From Eledone cirrhosa (Eukaryota), in assembly GCA_964016885.1 (NCBI GenBank), contig OZ024743.1, positions 183,644,001 through 183,708,000 on the forward strand: a stretch of DNA of 64,000 bases. The letters run 5' to 3'. The stretch's first letter is position 1; each line of letters starts with the position of its first letter. Of the stretch, positions 28,263-40,290 are shown one piece after another. The notes beneath the pieces were generated by a model, which had not been told where the DNA came from, did not search any database, and saw only the letters and a list, made by a program, of their open reading frames with translations. A program made the translations under genes and the position numbers.

Positions 28263-29099
28263 TTATTAATACTGCTATTTACTTACTGTATTTATTTAAT
28301 TTTTTTAAATAATTTTAAGGTTTTAGGGAACAGTCAAGTACCATGAAGTAGAAAGTGGGCTCCTGGGATAGTGGGTCATTGATCCATTTTTTAAAAATTC
28401 TAATTTGTAGCCATTTGAGTTCACAGCTGAGATATGGGAGGATTGTGAGACCTGACTGTGTGATGTGTTGTAAACTTGTTCAATTTACAAACAGTTATGG
28501 TGATGATGACAGCAACACACTTTTGTATTAAGTCTAATTTTTTTTTTATTGATAGTAATTTAAGATCATGCAGTTTGGACATGTGAACTGTAGTGGTGGG
28601 GGATACATCGATATACCAAGATAGTGGCTCCTGGTAGATGGGGAAGGAGGTGCCCACGTAAGACCTGAGAAGTGAGTACCCACGTAAGACCTGGGAAGAG
28701 GTAATCAGGCATGATCTAAAAACCTGGAACCTGGACTAAAACCTATCCCTGGAATGAACACTCTGAAGAGATGCTTTGAAAGGAGCTACCAAAACATCCA
28801 TTGCTTGTCATAAGTAAATATGATGTTAAACCAGATAATGAGTATAAGGCCACAAATTAAAAGTTGGGAAGGTAAAGTAGGAATATGATAGTAGGAGTAT
28901 ATGTGACTGATACTTAATTTATCATCATGCTGGAACAATGTAACATCTCATTCTTTCCCAGTAATATACTAGGGTGTGAATTATTTGACTCTTCTTTTCC
29001 TCTCACAAAACTAACTCAATGCTCAATAGATTTTTATTATAAATGTGACAAGGGAACAGCAAGCTTTCTGGTGTTGGAGACATGGTAAAATGCACCTGG

Positions 29100-30865
29100 T
29101 ACACTACCACGCTTATGTCATCTGGTTTAACATCAATACCATGCTCATGTCATGGTTTAACATCACTACCACACTTATGTCATCTGGTTTAACATTATTA
29201 CCATGCTTATGTCATCTGGTTTAACATCACTACCATGTTCATGTCATCTGGTTTAACATCACTACCACGCTCATGTCAGGGTTTAACATCACTACCGCGC
29301 TCATGTCATCTGGTTTAACATCACTACCATGCTCATGTCATCTGTTTTAACATCACTAAAATGCTCATGTCCTCTGGTTTAATATCACTACCACTCTCAT
29401 GTCATTTGTTTTAACATCACTACCATGCTCATGTCATCTGGTTTAACAACACTACCATGGTCATGCCCTCTGGTTTAACATCACTACCACACTCATGTCG
29501 TCTGGTTTAACATCACTACCACCCTCATGTCATCTGGTTTAACATCTCTACCACTCTCATGTCATCTGGTTTAACATCTCTACCACTCTCATGTCATCTG
29601 GTTCAACATCACTACCACTCTCATGTCACCTGGTTTAACATCACTGCCACTCTCATGTCATCTTGTTTAACATCTCTATCTTGCTCATGTCATCTGGTTT
29701 AACATCAATTCCAAGCTCATGCCATCTGGTTTAACATCAATTCCAAGCTCATGCCATCTGGTTTAACATCAATTCCAAGCTCATGCCAACTGGTTTAACA
29801 TCACTACCATGCTCATGTCATCTGGTTTAACATCACTACCACAACCATGTCTTCTGGTTTAATATCACTACCATTCTCATGCCATCTGGTTTAACATCAC
29901 TATCATGCTCATTTTATCTGGTTTAACAACACTATCAGGCTCATGTAATCTGGTTTAACATCAATTCAATGCTCATGCCATCTGGTTTAACATCAATTCC
30001 ACACTCATACCATCTGGTTTAACATCACTACCATGCTCATGACATCTGGTTTAACATCATTACCATGCTCATGTCATCTGGTTTAACATCATTACCATGC
30101 TCATGTCATCTGGTTTAACATCACTACCACGCTTATGTCATCTGGTTTAAGATCACTACCATGCTCATGTCATCTGGTTTAAGATCACTACCACACTTAT
30201 GTCATCTGGTTTAAGATCACTACCACACTTATGTCATCTGGTTTAAGATCACTACCATGCTCATTTCATCTGGTTTAACATCACTACCATGCTCATGTCA
30301 TCCGGTTTAACATCACTGTCATGCTCATGTCATCTGGTTTAACATCACTACCATTCTCATGTCATGGTTTAACATTACTACCACGTCTATGTCATCTGGT
30401 TTAACATCACTACCATGCTCATGTCATCTGGTTTAACATCACTACCATGCTCATGTCATCTGGTTTAACATCACTACCATGCTCAGGTCATCCGGTTTAA
30501 CATCACTACCACACTCATGTCATCTGGTTTAACATCACTACCATTCTCATGTCATGGTTTAACATTACTACCATGCTCATGTCATCTGGTTTAACATCAT
30601 TACCATGCCCATGTCATCTGGTTTAACATTACTACCATGCTCATGTCATGGTTTAACATCACTACTATGCTCATGTCATCTGGTTTAACATCACTACCGT
30701 GCTCATGTCATCTGGTTTAACATCACTACCATGCTCATATCATCTGGTTTAACATTACTACCACGCTCATGTCATGGTTTAACATCATTTCCATGCTCAT
30801 GTCATCTGGTTTAACACCACTACTATGCTCATGTCATCTGGTTTAACATCACCCCAACGCTCATG
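29100..30865. repeat. 32-bp minisatellite, about 55 copies, with 29-bp variants
   Basis: unit atgtcatctggtttaacatcactaccatgctc. Confidence 0.97.
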
Positions 30866-32239
30866 GCTGCCTTTTGCAGAATTCACTCTGTTGTAAGGAT
30901 TTGCATCAAATGTTCAATGATGGAGACTCTGAAAAAGGAATGAAGACTGACTCAGCTAAGAGAATACTTTTATTAACTTTTTTGTTACCACATCTTGACT
31001 GAAATACATGGCAAAAATGTTAGTTAATTATTAAAATAATCAAAAAGTTTGATGAATTTCGTAAAATAACCAACTTTTTTTTAAGCTGATGTTTGGAACA
31101 TTACTTAACAAAAATTCCTTGCACACAAATTATTATGAAAAGTTTCAATCTGAACATATTAAAATGTACAGGTTTATATGATAGAAGATCAGCAGTTTCT
31201 AGTGGGTTGGTATCAAAAGGGTTAAACAGTCCAATCCCTGGCCTTCTTACTCCTGTTGGAGGAACCCCTTACTGGTTGACCTCCACCACTTTCTGTTTGG
31301 TTTTGATCATGTCAGGTGTCATGGGGGTAGCCATACTCACCACACTTGGCCAATTGCAGGTTGGTGAGGCTACTTAACCCATAGTTGGAGTGGATGGCCA
31401 TTGACTCTGAGAAGTTCATCTGTCCTTTTAACAGCTCATGTCTTTTTATGCTCCTGGGGTTCCACTTACCCTCTTCACCAGTCCATAGTCTTGTGGGGGA
31501 GCTGGTTTAATTACAGACCACACAACCATTACATGGCACTAGTAGCAGGCCGAAGCCTGACCTGGCCATAAGGGTTAAACACCTAACCTAAAGTAACAAA
31601 CTAAAGCAAGAAAAAGAAGACAAACATGAAACATTACATATTTACCTATTTTAACCATAACCAACTTGCTCCATTTATTCCAAAAATAGACATGGAATAA
31701 ATAAGTAAAAAGCAACAACAAAAAGACTCACAGTTCATATGACCTAAGAACATATTCTATTTATGTCTAAATATCCTTGAATCCATGGTATTTACAGACA
31801 CCTTAAATCAGTCATACCACAACTTTTGGGTCAAAGTATTTTATTTAGAGACTGCAAAATAGGTTACTTTTTAATTACACTACTTTGGTTAAATTTTTTT
31901 ACATTTTTTTGTTGATTCTAAGCATAAGGGCTGTAGAAAGGCTGTGAAGTAAGAGTAGTTAATTTAATGGCCTAACTTATTGTATATGGTGGGAGAATGA
32001 ATGAGCAAGAGACGGTCGCTTTAGAGTTATGTATTTTCAGCGAGTAAAGACAGCTTTACTGCTCTGTGAGCGTGTTTAGTGATGGAGAGAGAATCTCTGA
32101 AACGAATGGGCCTGTGGTTGGTGTTAGAGAAGACAAAGGATCTGGAAATATTTTTGAGTGAAGGTTTATGAGTGGATTCAGGGAAATAAAAAGTCTTCAT
32201 TGTTCTTGTGAAAAAAGAAGTAAAATATACAAAGTTGCA

Positions 32240-32630
32240 AAGGTGTGAAATCTATTTAGTTTGTAGAAATGGCAGGTGAGGTGGTGAAAAGGTGTGAAAG
32301 CTATTTAATTTGTAGAAATGGCAGGTGAGGTGGTGTAAAGATGTGAAATCTATTTAGTTTGTAGAAATGGCAGGTGAGGTGGTGTAAAGATGTGAAATCT
32401 ATTTAGTTTGTAGAAATGGCTGGTGAGGTGGTGTAAAGATGTGAAATCTATTTAGTTTGTAGAAATGGCTGGTGAGGTGGTGTAAAGATGTGAAATCTAT
32501 TTAGTTTGTAGAAATGGCTGGTGAGGTGGTGTAAAGATGTGAAATCTATTTAGTTTGTAGAAATGGCTGGTGAGGTGGTGTCAAGATGTGAAATCTATTT
32601 AGTTTGTAGAAATGGAAGGTGAGGTGGTAT
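32240..32630. repeat. 49-bp minisatellite, about 8 copies
   Basis: unit atgtgaaatctatttagtttgtagaaatggcwggtgaggtggtgtaaag. Confidence 0.95.
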
Positions 32631-32844
32631 AACCAATCAAGCAATTGGTGGATCTTTTTTTTATAAAGTAAGTTTTTATTTGATTTGATTTTTATTTTAT
32701 CTTTATTTTACCCTTTTCTTTTCTCCAAGCTCCAAATCCTCTCCCACTAAGAACCTTGTAATACTTTCTATGTATTGCTGTCCCTCAGGTTCTGACAGGT
32801 TTTACCTTGTGGTTGTGATTTGCAACAGTGTAATTTGATTTCAG

Positions 32845-32946
32845 GGCATACAGCGGTGGCAGTGATTCTGGTAATTTGTTGGATACACCTGGACGTGATG
32901 ATAAGTCTAAATCCGCAAGCACTTCTCCTGTGCACTCACCTTCCAG
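32845..32946 (+). CDS. AAK1: AAK1/BMP2K-like exon: AYSGGSDSGNLLDTPGRDDKSKSASTSPVHSPS(R)
   Basis: atttcag acceptor, AG|gtagg donor; KSKSA.T.P..SP as in AAK1; phase 2 to 2. Confidence 0.85.
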
Positions 32947-33467
32947 GTAGGCAACACTGTAGCTAGCTTTGCACCTTTCTTGACAGATGTAAACTCTTTA
33001 CATCCTCTCTAGATGAAGGTATACTTAAGTCTACTACTCTTAAGATTCCAGGCTGCTACCTGGAAACTGCCTGTGATTACTCTTTAGTTTTGTTGTCAAA
33101 TATTTCAGCTGCACATAAGATTTACTTGCATCATCTGTGGTTTACTACCATCTGCATGATAGCGTCTTTAGAATATCTTCTGCACATTTGATAATCACTT
33201 AAGTCAGGTTGTTGGCACGTAAACACATTTTCTACAATACAATATATCTGCTATGCAACACACCCAACCATATGCTTATATGTATGTATACAATGCATAA
33301 AATTACAAACTCATACATGAAGATTGGTACAACCAACCTATTATTAATGTTTTTATGCATGAATTTGTAATCCTTACAGTCGTATACATACATACATATA
33401 TATATACATTCATTAGAATGTAAACAACCATATATTAAGGACTCATTTTTGTACGAAAGGACATAAC

Positions 33468-33640
<173 letters not shown>

Positions 33641-33955
33641 TAAGTAAGTTTTTTTATATCCCACGCGGGTATAAATATAGGAAAAAAAATTAAAATTGCA
33701 ATTAGAGTCTTTAAGAAGATATATTAATAATAACTCTACCAGTTTCACGTTTGGATGATTTATAAAAGTTAAGTGGGATGGAGGGATGTGTAGCTGTGTG
33801 GTGATATGTCTCACATCTCAGATGCAAGAAACATCAACTTCATCCCACTTAACTTTTGAAAAATCATCCAAACATAAAACTGGTAAAGTTATTTATAAAT
33901 AATCTCAAAGACTCCAATTGCAGGGAAAAGCAGACATAAAATGATGATGATGATG

Positions 33956-34010
<55 letters not shown>

Positions 34011-34189
34011 AGTTTAATAAAGAAATGACTTCTACAGGACTAGAACTGTTTATAGTCCTGTAGAAGCCATTTCTATATTATATTTGATGTTTACACTCTA
34101 CTAATGTATTGAGTACCTTACTAACTGTGGTTACCCTCAATTGAACCTAGGACTCTGTCTCTCACACACATACTGAAGTACATATATAC

Positions 34190-34228
<39 letters not shown>

Positions 34229-35739
34229 TATAAACTGTTGAATCACCATTGTGTATAGAGGGCCATATAACCCAGTCAAATAAATATTTGGGAAAATGGC
34301 ACAAAGACAATAAAACAAAAACAAGATGAACACAAACAAGGAACATCCCTTCATCATCTGTCTATAAAACGTACCATAGATTCATGATGGAATCTTCCAT
34401 GCTTGCTCTGTTTTTATATCCTTGTGGGATTTCTCTTAATATCTACATATGTGTGTTTATGCATGCATGTGCAGGGACATGGAAATACTCCATTTGGTGG
34501 TGCCTGAGCATGCATTTATCCCACTGGAATTGAGTGATTCTTGTTCTTTGTTAGGACTTCATTCTAGAAGTAAAAATCTGATGTAAAACCTGCAACTCAA
34601 TGACAGCCAATAATATTAACCTGTTCTTTTTGGATGTCATCATTGTTCAGAGAGTTGGATTGGTCCAGTGCAGGACCTTTCTTCAAGCACAGGCATCACT
34701 TGATCTAAACATCTTACATATGTGTTGCATAAGTATGGATGGCCGTAGCCAAAACAGATTTTTTTTCTCTTTCACTGCAACATATGCAGAAAAGAATGTA
34801 AATCCTTGGCAGGGTTAAAACGTTACATCTGCGCCACCCATGTTTGAGAAAAGGATCAAATGATGGCAATTCTCGAAATCGAGTTGCAGCCATCATTCAT
34901 GTGTGTGTATGTATGTCTAGCATAACTCCTTTAATTTGTTTTAATCAACTAAGCAAAATTTGCACTGTCTAATTTCTTGTAGATGTCAGCCAGCATGTGT
35001 TAGTTTACTCATACTTTTCATGTCTAATACTGTAACTGCAAGCTTTCTGAATTATTTCCACCTTCATTCAATCTGATGACGAGTCATTTTCAGTTAGTGA
35101 ATATTCAACAAAATTCCAGTTTTTAATCATTGTCTTTGTCTTTTGCTTGTTCATTTATTTTGAAACCTCAAATGTTGTAGTTCATTGTTTCTTAATTTTC
35201 TTTTTTCTATTTTGTTCCTCAATTTATCTTTATTATCTTTGGTTTAGTATGTTTTCCACATACATTAACCCTTTTGATTTCTATCTGCCTGAAACCACCT
35301 CTACTTCTATGATAGAAGGCTGTTTGTGAAGAGTTTATATTTATCTAGAAAAACCTTCTCTCATAATTTTATGTAAGAACCTTTTTTAAGTTATGTTCCT
35401 AACACTATCTTAATGAGTAAGTTATATAACTAACCCCTTCCAAATTCTTGATTACTTTCAAAATTATTCAAAAATCGTTGTCCGTGTTTTTCATAAAAAA
35501 TAAATTGAGGAAGGGTTAGACATGTATACCCATTTCAGTATCAGGGCAGCCCTGATCAAAGGCATTCCAGATAAGACCTCTTCCCTCTATATAGTGTATC
35601 AAAGACTACATTATTCAATATGCCTTTTTTTTGTGAAATGTAATCTAGAATGAAATTAAGCTGCTATTTCTAGCAGGACAAATGATCACGTTGAGGCTCC
35701 TTTGTTGGCTGGTTTAAGTAGGTTTTAAACATTTCACAA

Positions 35740-35925
35740 ATATATTCCGTTGTTTGTAAAGGATCCTTGATATATCCTAAAGAGTGTGTGAAGATATCTT
35801 CCCAAATATATTTGGTTGGTTGTAAGAGATCACTGATGTACCCTAAAGAGTGTGTGTAGATGTGTTCCCAAATATATTTGGTTGTTTGTAAGGGTCCCTG
35901 ATGTACCCTAATAGGCGTGTGTCTT
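35740..35925. repeat. about 65-bp diverged tandem repeat x3
   Basis: caaatatatt.ggtt..ttgtaa....tc.ctgatgtaccctaa repeated. Confidence 0.8.
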
Positions 35926-36048
35926 ATATGTTTTCAGAAATTGTCAGGATAATGTTGGCAATAGGGTTGTTTATAAAATATGTTTCGTAATATATTGCTT
36001 TCATAGAACTTATTATAGATCTAGACGTTAAATGAATCAACTTGCAGC

Positions 36049-36084
<36 letters not shown>

Positions 36085-36100
36085 TGTGTGTGTGTGTGTG

Positions 36101-36134
<34 letters not shown>

Positions 36135-36504
36135 ATTGACTTTATTTTTCTAGGCCTTCGGATTCACACCTAACGTGCCCCATTGCACTAGTTAAACCTG
36201 TGTGTGGTCTTTAACAACTTTACTAATTATTCATACTCACACCTTAACACAGCCTCATTTACACTGAGTTAACCAACCCTACTTATGTTAATTCCTTTTA
36301 AATAATAAAATAAAACATTTTACATAGCTGGCAATGATCATTAGTTAGAGAAGAAACGTTTTACTAGCACCGGTAATTACCTCCCTTAGCATACTAATCT
36401 CTTCCCACTGTGTTTTATACTTAACCACGTATATTTAATATGCACTGTGATGTAAAGTTATTTTACCCAAATAGGGTATATAATTAAAACTTTGCCTTAA
36501 TATC

Positions 36505-36545
36505 TGCCTCAGACGAGCCCCATTAGGCGAAACATGTGTAAGAGC
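36505..36545 (+). ncRNA. degenerate minimal hammerhead-like motif at a probable Penelope-like 3' end
   Basis: CAGACGA-gcc(ccatta)ggc-GAAAC-atgt-GTA; one core deviation (U4A) and imperfect stem I. Confidence 0.45.
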
Positions 36546-36597
36546 TTTATAAAGATATGATTTAACGGCTTGTAACTCTTTCATTAATTATTTTGCC

Positions 36598-36654
<57 letters not shown>

Positions 36655-36925
36655 GTATACGTATGTATACGTACATACATATGTATACGTACATACATAT
36701 ATGTATACAGACGTACAATAGTATGTATATACATACATACATGCACACATATATATATGTACGTACGGGTTTACCGAACATTTATTATAATGCTTGGTGT
36801 GTTTGTAAACAAACAGCCCAAATTAAGCCGTACAGTGTTCCTTTGTCAGTGTTGAACAAAAGGGCAACAATGGTTGCCGAACACTGTACGGCTTAATTCG
36901 GGTTGTTCGGTAAACCCATACGTAC

Positions 36926-36961
<36 letters not shown>

Positions 36962-37091
36962 ATGTATATATATATATATATATACATACTACTGTACGTC
37001 TGTATACATATATGTATGTACGTATACATGCTTACATTTAAGTATCAGCCGTACTAAGAGTGAGAAATTTCATTTCATTTCATTCTTTTCC

Positions 37092-37162
<71 letters not shown>

Positions 37163-38199
37163 CATGCAATTGACTGTAAATCTACCATTCCCACCCATCT
37201 TCCCTGCTAGCAATGGTTGGATGGGTCTACTTAAGTGGAGCTACTGTCCTTTCAAATGGGAGCCTACATTTTACTTACATATGTTCCCATTGAACAATCA
37301 TGTCCATCCAATCCAGGGTCTTCTCACTCCTGTTGGAAGAACCCTTCCCTGGTTGACCTCCATTTTTGGTATTGTTTCTACTACTGGATGCTCTTCCTAA
37401 TGCTAACCACTTCAGAGTGTACGTGGTGCATTTATCATAGCAACAGCACTACCAATTACAGATTTTACTAGGTGCTGCACCAGCATTACCACTTTTTAGG
37501 GTGTACTGGGTGCATTTTATTGTGGCACCAGCACTACCAATTTACAGGGTTTATTGGGTGCATTCTATTGTTGGTAGGGTGTACATGGTAGAAGTAGATG
37601 TGATGTATCCCTCATGTGTAACCACTGTAATAGGAGAAAAGTGTGAACTGATAAGGTTAATGGCAGTTAATAGAAGCAGGATTAAAAATATCTTCCATTA
37701 TGATGTGACAGAGTTGAGTGATAGGTGGTGAATTGGCAGAGTTGTTAGAACACTGGATAGAATGCTTTCTGGTATTCGTTTCAACTCTCTGCTCTCTGAG
37801 TTCAAATCCTGTTGAGGTCAACTTTGTCTTTCATCCATTCAAGGTTGATAAAAAAATAAGTACCAGTCTAGTACTGGGGTCGATTCTTTTTCTATATCTC
37901 ATTCTCACTTCCTCTCTCTCACTCTCTATCCTTCTCTGGAAGAAATCTGCTGTATTCAGACATGGAGAGGAAATGGGCTCCTCCAGGTTTTAAAATGAAG
38001 CCCTAGAAATGCTGTATGTCAATATGGCAATATGGGTAAGTATGAGAATAGGTGGGTGGGTGTCAAGACACCCAGGTCCAATATCATCCCTTGTTACGTG
38101 GGCAGAATAGGACAGTGAGTATGGGGGATGGTGGGTGAGAGTGTAGGAAATGGGAAGTTAGTTAAAGGGACATATTGGTTGCTAGACCTAATACAGACA

Positions 38200-38760
38200 T
38201 ACCTCCAAGCCTGCAACATTTTCACTATTTGAATATTCCTTTTACCATGTTTGAATAAGTCTTCTTTAGCACCACATGTCATCATCATGGTCCTTTGTCA
38301 TCTCTGTTCTAACTTTTAACTTCATCAAGTTATTCTTCACCAGTTTTCCTAGGTCTTCCTTTCCTACAGGTTTCATCCACTCTGAATGTCCTACCCTTCT
38401 TTATGCAGCCTCCATCCTTCATACCAGCACAATCATCTCTCTTCCATACTATATTGATTGCTTTTATCTATAGTTTTCCCCTCAGCTTGTTTCTACTTTG
38501 TCATTCATGTATATTAACATTATATACCCACCAGAGTGTGTTCAATTTCTTTCTTTGTTGTCTTTGGAAGTCTTTGACTTTCCAGGCCTATCTTTCACTA
38601 TTGTGCAGTATTGCTCTTTCTATGCAAGCATCATACAATCTGCCCTTCATTCCATGAGAAAAAATCCTTTGTTACCCACAAAAGTAATAAATAGCTCTCT
38701 GAACTTTTTCCAATTGGTTCTTACTATAGTTACTATGCTGATACGAAGAATTGTATCAGC
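38200..38760 (-). mobile_element. old, decayed RTE LINE C-terminal fragment
   Basis: reverse strand resembles VRTNWKKFRELL...GRLYDACI...LH...W; homologous to 10099-10915. Confidence 0.65.
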
Positions 38761-39854
38761 TACATTGGGTCATTAATGTACAAGAGGGAGGAAGAGCGTG
38801 TGGGTCATATACACCATAGCGTGGGTCAGTGGGAGAGACAGCTATGCTAGTGCATAGTGTAGTAATGTGATCTGACAGGAAGCTTTCAATCCAAGCATAT
38901 TTAAAAGTAATGACATTGCTTTTACCAAAGTCCTGAAGAACTTCTGGTAAACAACATAGGAAAACATTTCCTCAGAAGACATATCTCTACAGAAGGTTAA
39001 TGAGGAGAGAAAGAGATTAGACCTGTCTTTACAGAATCCACACTGATTAATAATGAAGAGAGAGCAGACCTGTCTCAACAGAATCTGTACTGAAGGTTAC
39101 CAAGGAGAAAGAGACACACACCTTCAAAGTGTTGGAAATGGTGATTGTCCAAGATTTGTTACCGTCACATTTTCTGTGAGTTAAAAGAATAAACTACAGA
39201 GTTTGGTGATGAGAGATGGAGTTAGCTGTGGAGTGTTGTGTTTGAAGGTAATGGAAGAGATATTGACAGTATTTGTTTGAAATAATGGGAGAAGTTTCCA
39301 CATTTGGTTTTGTGTAGATGGTGGAGAATCTGGATCAGATAGGTTCATAGATAGTTTGAGAAGGTTCATAGATAATTTTGGAAATAAGAGATGAAAACTA
39401 TTCAGTGTGTCTTATCCTTTAATACAAGTTTACTTATCTGGTTAGGATTCTTCTTTTTGTTGTTATGCATGTATGGTCCTGTAACTCCTGAGAGAGTCGT
39501 AGTGGGATACAGCATTTCAAAGGCATTTTAAACCTTTCCAGGTTTGAGTACAGCAGATTTTTTCCAGGAAGGATAGAAAGTGAGAAAGAGAGAGATATAG
39601 AGGAAAAATTGATACCAGTATTCGACTGGTACTTTTTATAAACCTCGAATGGATGAAAAGCAAAGTTGACCTCAATAGGATTTGAACTCAGAGAACAGAG
39701 AGCTGGATCGAATACCGCAAAGTATTTTACCTGACCTTCTAACAACTCTGCAAATTCACTGCCTTTGTTCTATTATATAACAATTTACATCACTAGAATA
39801 ACAGTTGCATGGAGCTGACAAAATATACATATTTATTTTATTATTATTATTAAC

Positions 39855-40290
39855 TTTTTCAAGTTTCACTTGGAGAGGAAAGTGAGGGGGGAGAGAGAAG
39901 TGCTGCCCCCAGTACATTTACTGAAAGGGGGGGGGGGGGGGTGGTGAATGTTACAAGAATGGCTAATGGCAATGGGTCTTCTCTAAGCATGCGCTTGTCA
40001 ACTGGCTGATTTAGAGAGGAGAGGGGCGCCTTCCTATGGTGCTCTTCGAGTGTCAGGTGGTTTAGGATTTGTGGGGTTCCTAAGTCACCCCTGGTTTGTC
40101 TTCCTCCCTATTGGGAAATTTTCATTGTTGTAATTCTTTTGTTCATTGATATTTGTTTATTAATTTCTTTCTACTCGATTTCAGTGTAACTCCCCCTACA
40201 TACACTGACCCTGTCTATTGTATTGTCCCCCTTTTTGTTGGACCTTGTTGCAAATAAAAAGAAATAATAATAATAATAATAATAATAATT
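39855..40290 (+). mobile_element. Tx1/L1-like LINE 3' end (ORF2 C-terminus, 3' UTR, AATAAA, (AAT)n tail)
   Basis: FKFHLERKVRGERE.L....F.ER..W-like peptide, T-rich UTR, aataaa near 40253, (aat)n. Confidence 0.6.

Noticed and set aside
35070-35095. CTGATGA as a hammerhead core
   Set aside because: No stem II plus GAAA and no stem I complement nearby
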